A stretch of 64,000 bases of DNA, from assembly GCF_001949145.1 (NCBI RefSeq), contig NW_019091359.1, forward strand, positions 2,704,861-2,768,860, in the 5' to 3' direction. A program made the position numbers and the translations under genes. The notes under the pieces were generated by a model. That model searched no databases and had not been told where the DNA came from. It saw only the letters and a list, made by a program, of their open reading frames with translations. How positions within the stretch are numbered: the first letter of the stretch is position 1; every line of letters begins with the position of its first letter. Source of the stretch: Acanthaster planci. Lineage: Eukaryota. This document shows positions 1-14,170 of the stretch, piece after piece.

Positions 1-1109
1 TGACGTGTATCGTCTTAGAATGAAATGTTTACCGTCCCCTTCGCTCTGCAAAAGCCCTCGTTTACACGCACGTGCAAATTTATAGAATCATCGGCGAAAT
101 ATGTTGCACTATAATTTGCACAGCTATGGGGAGTCAATTTGCTGGGTACCTTAGCTCTCCGATGAAGTTTGGAGTGCAAACATTATTTATAATCGTTTTG
201 TTTAGTTTTCGTTTTGTTTCTTTTCGTTTTCTTTCGTTTTTTGTTTCATTTCGTTTGGTTTTGTTGGTTGGGTTGAGTTTGGTTGGTTTGGTTGGTTTGG
301 ACTGACTCCACTGTTGAATGAAATTAAAAGTCGCATGTAGCTGCTTGATTACAGCTGGAAATTACGGTAGCATATTTGGAACATGATTGAAAAAATGACC
401 GCTATTTCACCCGGGCGTATTACTATCCAAAATGGTGAAAATTGTTAGCACAATCCTGGAGTTGGTTCAGCGCCGGTTTAAAATGGCGGAAAATCAACAG
501 ACAAGTCGCCCCTCAAATGAGTTAATCTTACATTTAAAAATGTGTTATTACATGCAGTGAATCAATACGCTCCTCTAGAATGTACATGAAAAGAGACGGC
601 ATCACTGATGAATAGCATGCCAAATATTGAATGAAGTGATGTTCATCAACATTGTTGTCTGCTTCCTCGCGCTTGCCTCCACCGGTCAGATGACGTTTAA
701 CCGTTTTGTTTTGTGGGCTGCGCCACCCTTAACATGTTCTTGGTTATTGTTTTTACGTCACAAACATGTTTCTGGTTAGGGGTCGCCAAAACGCGCCCCG
801 GGTAGTGACACGACCGTAACGCGTGCATTTCATAGTCGTTTGTGAACGAGAGAAGTCAATTCCGACCAAAGGAGCCTCCGTTGCCAGGAAAAATGCGCCC
901 TCTCTTGGTCCAGCTCGGGGCTTATAAGCTTGTGCACATTGTGTAATTCAGTGACCAGAATTAGAATATTGCGGTGGTGCAACGCTTGTGGAGAGGTTTT
1001 GAGAACGTTTTACATAATAATACCATTTGACCTCTGTGCAACTTCTGTCACAGTGCATTGTATCCATACTAAGGCGGCTAAGTGAGGAGTGTCCACTGAA
1101 ACGTCACTG

Positions 1110-1284
1110 AATACGGGCGATTCACAATAGAGCGCTCTGAGAGTTTGTAGCACGTTGGCCAATCACGACGCCTGACATCTGTCGACCCTTTCCAAACGCG
1201 CATTGGGTCGACAGATTTCGCGCATCGTGATCGCCCAACGCGTTTCAAACTCTTAGAGGCGCTCTATTGTGAATCGTCTGTATT
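1110..1284. mobile_element. Palindromic MITE-like element, copy 1
   Basis: gattcacaatagagcgc...tctgtcgaccc / gggtcgacaga...gcgctctattgtgaatc; self-complementary along its length; second copy at 12347. Confidence 0.8.
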
Positions 1285-1344
1285 ATATGCGGGCACATTG
1301 ACCGTATATCGCGTGATCTTGGTGCACGTGACAAAGAGACGCAT

Positions 1345-1525
1345 GAAGGCGCCTTTCCATAGGGCCTGTGTATGTTTCTGGGTGGGTTGCGTACACGATG
1401 CGGTCAGGCGTTTCACTCTCATGGACCAAAAAATCGACTCCATTAACATAACACAGGTGTGCTTTGCGTTCGACCGCCAAAATCGGCCGGGAGCGATTTT
1501 GACGGATACGCAACACAGAGCGCCT
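1345..1525 (+). repeat. Dispersed repeat A, copy 1
   Basis: gtatgtttctgggtgggttgcgtacacgatgc...gcgattttgacgga matches the reverse complement of 14010-14170. Confidence 0.75.
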
Positions 1526-4500
1526 TGAGACAGTCCGTTTAAAGAAAAACTCGTCGGAATTCAAGTGGATCCCCCTTAATACCAGTTTCAGTGTGTTTGG
1601 CTTTCGTGGATTAGTGGCCTATAGGTCTATTACAAGGGTTTGCGCAACCGTAGATCAATTGCCCAAAATTGATGGATGTGAATATTTAGAAACTATACCG
1701 TCGAAATCTAAAGGATTTCACATTTGTTCTGCAGTCACTTTGTTGGTTATGTAGTTCTGGGCCTTCGTCGATGAGTTGTGATTAAGGTTAGTGTCCATCA
1801 CACTGTGGTCAGTCAGCGTCCTTCATAGCTCGAACTCGTGGGCACCCGCATGTTCGATTTTGAAAAAAAACAATACGATAAACGTGATCATGTAATCACG
1901 GAGCTTTTTAGTACACGTGTGAAAGCGAAGTAGGCCCAGCGCCACCATCATTCAAATGTATTACATCATGCGTACCCCTCGTAAAAACGGGTGGTTACTG
2001 CACCTGGTAGTCATCTCTCTTACCGCGTTCCGTACGCATGCCTCCCCGCATTTTATGCTTCCAGCACGGACTAAATGAATTGTTCAACTGTCGTTCTCAG
2101 CAAATAGGATCAGGGCAAGGCAGAGAGAGAAACTCGCTGAATCCACATAGAGGAGAGTGCGGTAGTCTGTCAGTTGATCCGAGGACTTAATTAACGAAGG
2201 AAGCGTTTGGCATCAGAGGCGCCTACAGTTCAATTTGACAATTTGGCGTTTGGGCCACGGCTAAACGGGTTGCATTTTGGAAACATTTGCAGTTTGTTCA
2301 GTATCCTTGGCGGTATTTGTGTAACAAGTCCAACATACAACAGACACTGCACGGTAAGTTAAACATGAATGGATTATTGTTTTGTATCAGTAATTTTTTA
2401 TTTTCATGCATGTCAAAGCCCAGCGTCTGTACGTGTACGGTGAAATGCACAGAAAAAACTTACAGGATGGAGAACTCCTTTTTCGAAGATGATCTTTGGT
2501 GAAGCAGATGACTTTCAGGATCGCAAGGCTTAACGTCGTCCTCGTTGCTGTCGGCGTCATTTGGAAAAACCAAATGTATACTTCGGGCTTGGTTTTTAAT
2601 GGAATTGGTAGCGTCGATTCTGGGACATGCAGTCAAAGCAATGTGTTGAGGGCTCATTCTAATTAAATGTAGTAAAAAATCACATCAACACTTGCGAAAA
2701 TTTCAAACACATAGCGAGTTCATTAGGCCCAAGAATCTCGTTCCATTCATTAAATGCAAATTCCAGCTAAATTGTCCAGATGTTACCTGGAAATTTGCAA
2801 GCCGATGTATCCCGTTAACAAGAACGGATTTTTTCCAAAATCAATTTCTCAGCTGCAAATTCTTTGCAAGTGTAGACTACAGAAACCTGTCCCGGCAATA
2901 AGACGTAAATGTCAGTATATTCTCTGTTAATAATCACACAACTCAAACGACACCACAGTGTTGCACCTTAAAAGTTCGTGTATCTTTAGCCGTTTTGTTC
3001 TGTCTGTCAATAAATACCTTATTGTTTGTTAATTTGCGTGCGAAAGACCGACGTTGTGTGCTGACGTGCGTTGAAAACCGATGCATTTCCTTTCAACATG
3101 AACCTTAAAAAATGCACCTGCAAAAAATGCAAAAACTGTCAAGACATCCATTAACAGTGAGTAAATTCTGGGTTCACAATTTCAACAGGAAAACGTATGC
3201 TCTAAACCATGTTTTCCCCTGATGACATTACGGAAGAAGTCCCTCCCAGGAAAGAATAGATGATTTAAAAAAAATGGAAACAGTGCCCTTTTCATTCCAT
3301 TTGACGAAATAGGAATGTAAAAGAGTTTTCATACCTCGAAGAAGAGTGCAAAGAAGCCGAAAAATGTTTCTAAGAAAAATTAATTGCAGCTATACTTCCA
3401 ATTTCAGGGTTCCAGGTCCAACTTTATGTTCAGTGGGTGTGGTTTTTGCTTAAGTGACGTCACACATTAGAACCGGGTAGCCTTCATATGACGCAAGCGA
3501 TGCGCTTTCCTATTATGCATATTCATTTTGAATAACCAGTCCGCGTCGTTTTTATATGCTACACAATCAAGGTTAGTAAAGGAACATACACAAAGCTAAT
3601 GGAGTCGCGTTGCATTTCAGCTAACCTGCTGCTTCTGTGATTTGTCAAAGTACCCGCGCGTCAAGTTAGACGACACATTAGGGTTTATTTGTTTGTTTCA
3701 CAAGGATATACGAATCTCATTGAGTAATCCATCGTTGATACCAAAACCCGCCTAATGGAAAGAGAGAACCATCGATAAGATAACTGCATGACTGAAATCT
3801 CGGTTTGTGTAATTAACATGGCCATTGAGCTCCATTTATGGATGCCACCACAGTTATGGCGTATCCTCGGAACAATCTATGCATGCATAATCAACACGCT
3901 TATAAGAAAAACAGCTAATACTGACAAATCTTGAACTCAGCGTAAACTTTCCTTTGGGAAAAACTGAATAATATATTAAAACGACCACCTTTTCCGTGTG
4001 TTAGAAATTTAACCACTTACCTCTTGAAAACAAATCCTTTATATTAACTGTTTCCAAGTTTCAATCCTTCTTTAAATGATGCTTTGCTCATTACGTAGTT
4101 CTGGGGCATATTATAATGTGTCACCGGTACACTTATAAGGTAAAATGTTTGCAAAATCCTCACGATTTAACGTTGGTGGGTAATCAGATGGGATGCTTAT
4201 GACCGAACGTACTCTCTCTTGAAATGGCTGATACTTGAGAATAAGCTCCAATAATATTAAACATTAATTCGACAGAATTTGCGAGACCTTTCCTCGTTAG
4301 GTACCAGTTCCATTTTCCAACCCCCCGTAAAAAAATACCATTTTGCCATTAGGTAGAAGCACTCTTAGCCCTTTTACGCGGCATTAAAAGACACGGCAAG
4401 CCGGGATAAAAATCCGATCATATCAGCTTCGTAGCTTAACTGGTAAACTGTTTAGTGGAGTCCTTTCCTTCCCTCGAGAATTCCAGAAACATTTTTGACA

Positions 4501-7500
4501 AATTGCCTCCGGCTGTCACTCTAATTGAGTAAAATTCACTCCACTTTGGCGCAGTCGAGTAATACCTTTGGGCGTGTAGTGTACTTACCAAATTTATATG
4601 ATACATATCTTGTCTGGCGTTGAACTGCTCCAAAATCACCACCAAGTTAAGCCCAGTTTATACTTCACACATTTGCCGCGAAATTGGCATGATTTGGCAG
4701 AACGAATCTTTGATCTAGAGTAACGTTTTGCGTTCGCGTCCGTTTTTACACCAGGTATAGGGCCTATATGACATGAACTGCATACATGTACACGTTGGGA
4801 TAATCTTTTGGTAATTTCAGATTGATTTTCGAGATATAACATATCCTTTGATCGGTTCCACTTTCACTAGTTGAGTCGCATAATTATTTTTAGGGCTGCA
4901 TGAACTCAATATAAAAGGGATCATCTTAAAATCATAAATTCACTAAACTTATCACACAAAACTGCAGACGTTTATGTATATAGCAATTTGGCGAAGGAAA
5001 ACAAGCCGAACTGTGGCACCATCCTGCATGAAATCTAGCTGTACAGAAAGCCAGCAAAAATATTAATGATCAGCAAGAAAAACCTTACAACCAACAAGGC
5101 CCGTTGTGTCAGCTTGATATGCACGTTGTCGAGGCCAACATAACCGGGAACGACCAAGGGGAAAAATGGAGTTGGGCGTTTACACGTTAATGGGACTAGG
5201 AGAATAAGAACAAATCAGGCAATTTCCCCAAAGACAGACATATGGAGTTTCTTTGGACAACACACTTTCATCAGCCTTAGCTTGATAACGACAGCCAGCG
5301 CATTCTGAGCTCGCAATTACATTGATAAGTGCAGTGTAACCAAGCAGGCACCAACGGCAGTCATTTGGTGGTCAGCAGGGGCTTGTTACTGAAACTAATT
5401 CTCTGCTTTTGGTTTTCCGAAACCATAAAGCAAGGTCACCATAATGGAGGCCATAGACGCAATATAACTAAAAATATCTGATACACACGAACGACGTACC
5501 AATGGAATCTTTTTCTAGAGCAATAAAGACAATATGTAGCATGGTAAAGCTTTTTGTCGCGCACTTGCGGGTGGTTCCATCTTTTTCGGTTGCACCTCGT
5601 CACAACTCATTATTCGCTCCTTTCACTAGCAAAGTTCTCTCGCTTATCTGGGATTAGTTGTTTTCTGATAGCGCAGGGTGCTTTATACTGTTCACAAGTT
5701 CAATGCACTTGTTCTCCCACAAGTTCTTTTCTTTATTGAAGCATCTCAGAAGTGAAAGCCCAGAGTAACCTATAAGATGCGATGCTTTTTACTGACCGTT
5801 CTTCTAAAGACGCCCTTCTGCCTTTAGGCAGTATTCCATTAACCAGCGATGAATTTCCACATGTTTTTACAATATTAATATGGCCCAGTCAGTCGAAGGC
5901 AATAACCAGCCCCTGAGCTGGACAAAGTAATTTGGACGTTTTCCTCACGGGCATACCTTCAGACTATGTGGGTTGATTTTTTTTCTCTTGGGGTGAAAAT
6001 TTTCGTCCCATACCAGTGGGACGATTTTTCTGTTTTTTAGACTCACACTTATTTTATATTTCAAGAAGCAACCTCGACATAGTCTCAGTAGGATGCTCCA
6101 TTAAAGCAATTGTACGTGGTATTTCTACAGTAATAAATACGATTTTCTGTTTGTATAAAGGTCGATCACTTTGCCCTTTTTTATTCAAAGAGACACTGAC
6201 CATTATACACTTCATGGGTAGATGGGCGAGGCAATGCCCCTCCTCATAGAAGGGCATTTTTTTCCAGAGGATGAGAAGAATTATGTTTAGGGAATCATTC
6301 TCTTTCTGTTTCCTCCCGACGCATGTGAAATGTCCTCAGGTTTAGCCTTACATAGCTGAAAAAGCCCAAAGATTAGCATTTAAATGCTCAATTTTTGCCC
6401 TATCCCCAGAACTGTGGGGTGGAACTTTTCTAAACAAACGTCTCTTTCATGAATATGAGCTGCATGCATTGTTTGGCACGCTCAAGGGTCTATCCACTGC
6501 CAACACTGGTCGAGAGTTCCCCTCGTTTTCTCTTTTTTTTCGAATGACGCAATCTACATTCAGAATTAACATCTTGGCATGAACAGAAAAAAAGCCCTTT
6601 GGGCTTGTTATAGTTGAGCTCCGAAGACAAATAACACTGCGTTCGATTTGGATGCTTCCATATTTATATGAACAGATAAAATCAGAGAAAACATGTTTTA
6701 CTCAGAGGTGCTCTTTAATTGAATATGTACCTGTAGAAATCTACGTGCGCAATAGACCGCCACCATTTTTGATTCATATCTTCTGGTATTTAAAGTTAGT
6801 ACAACGTAAAAATAAACTGAAATTCCTGACACCATTGATTTACTGATGCCGCCTGAAAAAAAATAAAACATTCCTATCAACGAGCGTCCGTGTAAACATT
6901 TGGCTAATAACTTACCAAACGAACCAAGCCCCAAGTGACAATATGATGACCTACTAAGTGGCATAGTGTACACATTCTCAAAAAGTGAAGTATAGTTTTG
7001 CCAAGTGCGTTTTTATGGGATTTTAAAAATATTTTAAACAGTGTTCATATTTCGGGAAAAGAATAGTTTTCACCAGATACATTATTCAAAGTTACACGAG
7101 ACATTTTTAAAAGTACGCTTTCATTACAGTGAACTTGGAAGTATACATCTTTAAAAACAAACTTCTGAAAAGCGTTTTTTTTACAATAATAAAACATTAT
7201 TTCCAAAAATAGAGTTCGTTTCACCATGGAGTATTCGTTTTCTGTCTCAAAAACAAACTTAAAATAGAAATGCCATAAAACCGAACTTGGAAAAGTATTC
7301 TTCCCTCTCTGATAGCGGGCTTTTGTAGACTGAATGTCGTCGATTTTGTATTCACTTCTCGTCTCAAAGTCATTGTAGAAAAGTTCTCCAAAATGCGAGC
7401 TCTTCCACCAATTTGAATACAATTCAACCGTCACTGCTCCAAACGCATCATTTCTACGCTCTGTTCGTTCCGTTAGATGACCAATTAGCGCCGATGTGTC

Positions 7501-9154
7501 AGTGACATGATTCCCATGGGAAATTATTACACTGATTTGAACCGATTTTTGTGCATAGCTATCAACTTTTCCTACATACAGAGTCGCTACTGGGACAGAA
7601 ACGAGGCTGCACAAGCATAATCATGAAGAAATCTTACTGCTACTTCGACGGTCGTCACTTACTCCGTCCAAGTGACCGAAGCATACAAATGTGTAATTTC
7701 ACTTTCGAGAGAACTGTACAAAGGCCTGGCCCTTGCATACCCCAGGAGGGAATGTGACAAATGATTTTATCCGTCTTCCATTAGTCACGCGTCTTTCACA
7801 AGCTTAACAATTGCCTTCAAATAAAGCAGTGCTAGAAAAGGCCTAAATCGGAAAGGTGGTTGTCATTTACTTTGTACGTGTCAAAGATGAAGTTTTTCTC
7901 GTTAAATAGACAAAACTTCAAACATTTTAAATTTATTTCTAAAGGGTGAAACGAGGGGTAATTGTTATTCTCTAATATTATATTAGAAAAATTTGTTCTC
8001 GCTTTGGTATAAGGAAATCGGTTGATGGGCATTATGCGTTTTCTGTGACTCGGCATCACCTAGCTGTTACGTAGGAGCTTTCTTGGTACTGCACTTGACA
8101 CGTTAATTTTTACTCAAAGAAAACAAGCAGTTATAAGAAATCGACTGAAAAATATCCTTAATTATTAGTGTTGTTATCACCATGTTATGGATTTTAAATA
8201 AAGGCAATTAATGAAGCTTCATAGGCTTACAGATAAGACTTGTATTCGACGTTGTCTCAGATAAAACACGATTTACCAAAAGCCGTCAAAATACTTTAAC
8301 ATAAATACATTACTTAAACTATCGTTTTATTTCGGAGTGGAAATTAAAATTTCCGCATGTTTCCTACAATCGCAGATTGGCCCTAACGATGATGGGCTTC
8401 TCTTAGCTGTTACTGTTAACTGAAAGTGGCATTCTTCTGCCGTTTTAGTTCCTCCCCTTAATGTCACGTCACAAATGAAAGTCGATCGTGCTTAAGAAAG
8501 GAACATAATTTCCCTTCCAACAGTCGATATTCTATTCTTCAGTCTAGTACCAAGAGCGTATACGTTCTGCCTTGCCCGAGTTCACACAATGAACTTCTAG
8601 TGAAAGTGTCTACGGACAGATTTAATTTGCCACAGGCTACCGGATGTAGAATCTGATATATAAGACTCAAGAGGATGTCCTCTGCCAAGTTTGAGCGCCG
8701 CGTCATTTCCTTTAGAAAATTCGCATACGGGAGCAGGGAGGTGCGCAGCTACCGAGTCAAGAAATAAATATAACCCTGGCGCTTTTGAGGAGTGAACAGG
8801 GAGTTAGTCAGAAGTGACTTAGTGCCTCTCGTTTAAAAATTCAAAAATCTAAGCGTCATAAATGAGGTACCCTTTTAATAATCTGAGCTTTTTGTTACAT
8901 CTTTGTCCACCACTTTATTGACACTGTTCAAGACATGCGTAGCTGTGTCTCATTTTTAAGAGGTAGTTCGTCAAGACGATTTCAGAGTTTTTCTGTGCTT
9001 ACTTTGAGCCATAAACAAGCAAGAAAATTAAGTGTGCCAAGTTTGAGTTTGTGACGTCGCCTTTCAGAAACGTTAAATTAGCATTATATTGCGTGAATCG
9101 TGTTGCATAAATTCTGCCTTTTAGGTCAAACAAATGAATCGCAATAGCCGATTT

Positions 9155-9368
9155 CATTTATTATTATGGAGAGAACCATTCACATGAAATATTTTAACGG
9201 GAGTCCAGTGACCATGTACGCTGTTTCACCAACGTTGAAATGTGAGCATCGATGAGATTTTAAAAAAATAGGCCACTTAAGGTAGGTCGAGTATAACTGG
9301 ATTGCGCGCGCAAGTTGTTTACAAGCAACTGAATACTGTTCTGATTATATTTCACACCCGAACTTGCC
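9155..9368 (+). repeat. Dispersed repeat B, copy 1
   Basis: atggagagaaccattcacatgaaatat...cagtgaccatgtac...ggccacttaaggtagg matches 22468-22692. Confidence 0.75.
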
Positions 9369-10829
9369 CTAATACGTGGCCCTATCAAAGCTCGGGCTCG
9401 AAGCGCTTTCATTAATTTCAATTTAGATCACTGGAGCGTGTTTTTCATTGAGTCTTAATTCAAGGTGTCCATGCAGTCCCTACACACGATAATCCGCTAG
9501 TTTCGGTTATATCAGACAGAAGCGATACACAGAACCTCTTCGTTCGGCACGAAGGTCATCAGAGAAAAGACTAATAATCGATCACACGACACAGGAACGG
9601 AATGAAGGAAATTGTAAACATTTTAATGCAGCAGGTAAATAGGACCAAAATGAGTGATTGACTTACAAATACGAGAGGAGTTAATGGGAGTTCTCGGCTC
9701 ATTAGAGACAAAATCACAATCCATCTCACTGTCTACATGTATCAATTGCTGTATATTGAAATTCGTAAAACTAAGACTGAAACCCCCCGTTAGTGTTACA
9801 CTCTTTTGAGGAAGTGCAGTATGAGATTCCACGATAATGACCGTTTCATTGGATTCATTATACAGTGCATCACAATGCAATCCATTCTCACCAGGTATTA
9901 AATTTGATAAATCATCTAATTTTCATCGCATTATTTTGTCGGTCGCACTCGACAAAGCTAAGTGTGGTTACCTTAGTGTAAATATAGCGTATGACGTCTG
10001 TGCACGTAGAGGCAGACGGTACTCGCTTCAATGTATACACTGCGTCAAAACTATGCCAACCATTGCTTTGAAGTGCAACTGACTATTAAGTACCATTAGG
10101 GAATTAATCTAAATCTACTTCGTCGACCGGAAGTGACGGGTTGATATCTTACCCTCAAAAAGTTGTGCCATATTTTTTTGTTCTCTGACGAAAAGAACTT
10201 CTCTGCCAGATGGCTACCACGCAAAGCCTCTTTACTGGTATCAGTATAGGGGTTCAGCCCACGTTTTAGTAGAGCAGGCAGAAAGTGATCATTGCGCTTC
10301 AATAAAATAAATGATTCATCAGTGATAACACTTTGAACATTCAGTACTGGCCAAAATGCATTAGTAGGAAACCAGGGAGGCAGGAAGCCGTCCGCTGGTA
10401 GCCACGTCCCTTTGTCTGCCCTACAGCTCCTCTGTTATAAATATTAACTCATTACATCTTTGCAATTAAAGAAAGACAAGAAGTAACCATTACGTAAATT
10501 ATTAGACCGCCTTTACTCATGCATGAAGCATTTTGAAGGTACATTGGTAATGAAATTCAAGAATACTGCTACTCCACGTCAGATTTATGTTGTCAGTTGC
10601 AGGTGGGCGTTTGGTAAATAGTTTTGTTATCTCTTTCAATCCTAAAAGTCTGCTTCAATGTGGAAATCTTCAGAGTCGAAACGACTCACTAATTTTTGTG
10701 ACTGTTCGCAGTGACGCTAGTCAGGTCGAGTCAGTTATCCGCCGGGACTGAAGTCGAGTCGAGTCGCAAAAAAAACAGTCGCCCGACTGTTTAAAAGCAT
10801 CAGTTCTGGCAAATGGGTGAATAAAAATG

Positions 10830-11110
10830 AAGTATGTCATTTCTACGACTATTGATGGAAAGGCCCAAACTGTTTTGGATTATGACTACAGTTGTCTGAT
10901 AAGTCAAGAACATATTTTGAATAGGCTTGCCTAGTTAATTTTCCTTGTTTCTGCAGGCCTTATATTTTTCCCATTTCCAAACAATTTGTTTGCTACGAAT
11001 GGCAGATTTATACAATCGATTCTTGGATTTGGACAATCTCGAGATATCAGGCGTAGTCCAAGGATCTTTTCGGTTCTCTTTAATATTTACTTTGGGAACA
11101 ACATTTACTT
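10830..11110 (-). mobile_element. LINE (CR1/L2-like) ORF2 fragment
   Basis: KDPWTTPDISRLSKSKNRLYKSAIRS...WEKYKACRN resembles the endonuclease-RT linker of CR1/L2/Jockey-group ORF2. Confidence 0.65.
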
Positions 11111-12346
11111 GCTTGACAGTACGTAATGTTCGAAAAATGTTGGCAAATTTTCCCCCCGCTTTACATAATGGGCACAACTATTTTGGGGAGACCATGTGAG
11201 ACCTTTTGAGTATATGACTAGCCTACATACTCAGTGTCTGAGTAAAACACAACCTTCTACTCGAACAACGCATGTCACACATGTGCTGAGGGGTCAAAGC
11301 GAGCTCCCGATGCCCATTTCTCAGAGTGAACGAATCAAAAGGCTTCGTGACAAAAGATAAACGTATACCGTTAAAGGGTGACAAAAATTGTCTCTGAAAG
11401 GCTGTGTCTTTTAATTTCCACCTTGAACCGAGACAGCGTTTGCCTGTGGGCCGTGCTACATCTAACACAACATGGTCTATTGCAAGCGTGCGATACTGCA
11501 TGTACTGTGCACTATGTCATGTACATTGTACATTCCAGCAATGACGTCATCCAATCAGCCCGGGAGCGCTACAACCAAAAGGGGATTTCTTGTGGGTGGT
11601 GAATCTCAGAATCTTTTGGTTCATTTTGGGGTCGCGATTAATGGGGTAAACATTGAATTTATGATGTTTTTGAAACGGTTCCGCATTTGTTGTTATTTTG
11701 AAATACTTTCCGTGAACTAAATGCTTTCAATTTTTATTACCCTTTAATAAATACGATGGCTAAAAGAAGTCAAAGACTGCAAATGCTAAAGGCCCTGTGA
11801 ATTTACTGTACGTTTCTTATACCAGACTCCTCGATGCGAATGTCTTTGAAATGCAGCAAATACACCGTGCAGGGAAAGTGGCGTGTCGGTTGGATATTCT
11901 TGCAACATTATTCATGAAGACCTTCCTCATCTGAACAATAGAATTTATTAATGAGGTATTGATGGCGGGAATTTTTATTTTTCCTTGAAAAAAAGTAATT
12001 ATCATTTTGGCCTGACGGTAAGCCATGGATCAAAGAATTGATTGCGTTCCTTTGTGTGTTTTTCCTCCTGTTATGCATTATAGATGATAACATTAAATCA
12101 ACATCAACATTAATTCCAAAGTAAGTAGTGACAAATACAGAGAAATAAAAGCAAGAAGTAGGAATAGGGGCACAGCCAAAGCTTGTGTTGGGGGAGTGCA
12201 TGGCCGTACAGATAAGAGCTACATACTAAACTACATCAACAGAAAATGAGGGGGAAATATTAAGGTAGACGAACAAGCATACGGACAGTTCTTGGCTCGC
12301 TAGTACTCGTGATGTGCAGAAACGATTTCAGTTTGTGCTTAAGCAC

Positions 12347-12517
12347 TACGACGATTCACAACAATGCGCCTGCAAGAGTTTGCAACGCGTTTACCAACCA
12401 CAGTGCTCGAAATCTGTCGACCCAATGCGCGTTGGAAAGGGTCGACAGATTTCGCGCCCATGTGATAGGTCCACGTGTTGCAAACTCTTGGTGGCGCACT
12501 ATTGTGAATCCCCCGTA
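12347..12517. mobile_element. Palindromic MITE-like element, copy 2 (opposite orientation)
   Basis: Same arms; the central loop is the reverse complement of copy 1. Confidence 0.8.
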
Positions 12518-14009
12518 CTGCGTCTCCAGTCCAAAGAATGACCCATTTTCAGGTCATTCTGTGGATACTAGATTGAACATAACGAAACATGGTTTGCCCA
12601 TGTCAGAGCATGATCCGTTTGAGAATGAACCTTCATGTGTGACATCAGCAAACTTTGCTTTGCCGTCAACCAGTTGTGATGGTATATGGCACGCGATTGT
12701 CGCAGATCTAGACTAAGAGATAAGGGTGCACCCGATGAGGGGGCAAGGCGGGAAAGCCCCCCCTGGAACTCTTGCCCTCCCCACTTGCCCCCTCCCCCGA
12801 ACCTGCGTCACTGGTAGCAGAAGCAACTCTTAGTTGTTTTCTTGTTTCTTTGCTTGCTCAAAGATGTCTTTGACAGAGGAAAGTGAACAAAAACCAAACC
12901 ATTAAAATTTGCACAGGAAACACTACTTGGTTTGAACCTTTTGCGCAAGTTGCAAAGCCGTTGATCTTGGCGTCCATGAGCTACATTTGTGAATCCTTAC
13001 TTTCTTCAGAACAGCGTCCAAAGTGTCTGAGAGACGGAGCTTGATCGTTGTCATCTCGGCCTCTTGCTCCAGTTTTAGTCCAACCTCACATTGAATAATA
13101 GGCAACATCTTCCCTCGAGCCCACAAGTCTGTTGACACACCAGGCCTTGTTTTTCACGTCAACGCACTCAAGGCTGGCTCAGGGGAAACCTGACTAAATA
13201 CCACCGTTCTGAATGGCTTCGAACTGCGGTCCTATACCGGATACGGAAAGATTCAATGCATGCTCAGGTCCCTTGCTCAAAAGAAAATAATAAAGCGAGC
13301 CGTCTTTCAAGTCTGTAAATGCAGCCCGCTGTTCAAACAAACTGATACTTCAGAAGTCGTGTTCTCCTTCGGGCTCATGTAACTCGACACCAAACGGGAC
13401 TCGCATTTCATCGGAAGGTGTCGAGTGTCCTTTCCCTAAAGGACCGTTTCCCCATTCAAAGAAATTGTTACTTTCATTTTTTTTCTTCAGTATTTATTTT
13501 TGAATTATTATTTTTGAATTGCACATTTAAGACGTAGGGATTAAATGACCGAACAGTTGGAGCCAAATGGATATTGTATTATGTGAACGAAATAAACATG
13601 AGCTCATCAAAAATAGGGACTAATATGCATGGCCGTATGAATATAGAATTCAGGTCTTACGTAAATTGCTGGTAGTCTCTCCTCGCATGTTGTGATTGTT
13701 CCCAGGGCCATTCAGGGCCCCGCTATTTTTGGAAGGTTTATATCTTTTATTCTTTTATTTCTCATTTTACTTACCGCAGCATTATTCAGTTTACCCAGTG
13801 CTGTTACATATCCAACTGGCTCAACTCTCCAACAACTTGGCGCCCTGCTGCCATTGAGCTAATTCCCTAATCAAAGTTGGTTTCAACTGTGATAAGGTCA
13901 GAATTGTACTTCGTTCACAGGTGGTCGACTCACTGTGGCAAGTAGACGGAATGAGCCGACACATTTGTGCGCCGACTTGTAGGCGCCTTTCCATATGCGG
14001 GTCAACACT

Positions 14010-14170
14010 TGCGCCAAGCGCTGCGTTTCCGTCAAAATCGCCTGAGGAGCGATTTTGACGGCCGAACGCAATGCACACGTGATCTGTCATGTTAATGGGT
14101 CGTTTTTTGTGTCTTTGAAAGTGAATGCATCGTGTACGCAACACACCCCAAAAACATACGGAAGGGCGCT
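14010..14170 (-). repeat. Dispersed repeat A, copy 2 (inverted)
   Basis: See 1345-1525; internal hairpin ccgtcaaaatcgc...gcgattttgacgg. Confidence 0.75.

Noticed and set aside
7045..7614. 189-aa minus-strand ORF
   Set aside because: No recognisable motif, AT-rich and no supporting exon structure; probably chance or repeat-derived.
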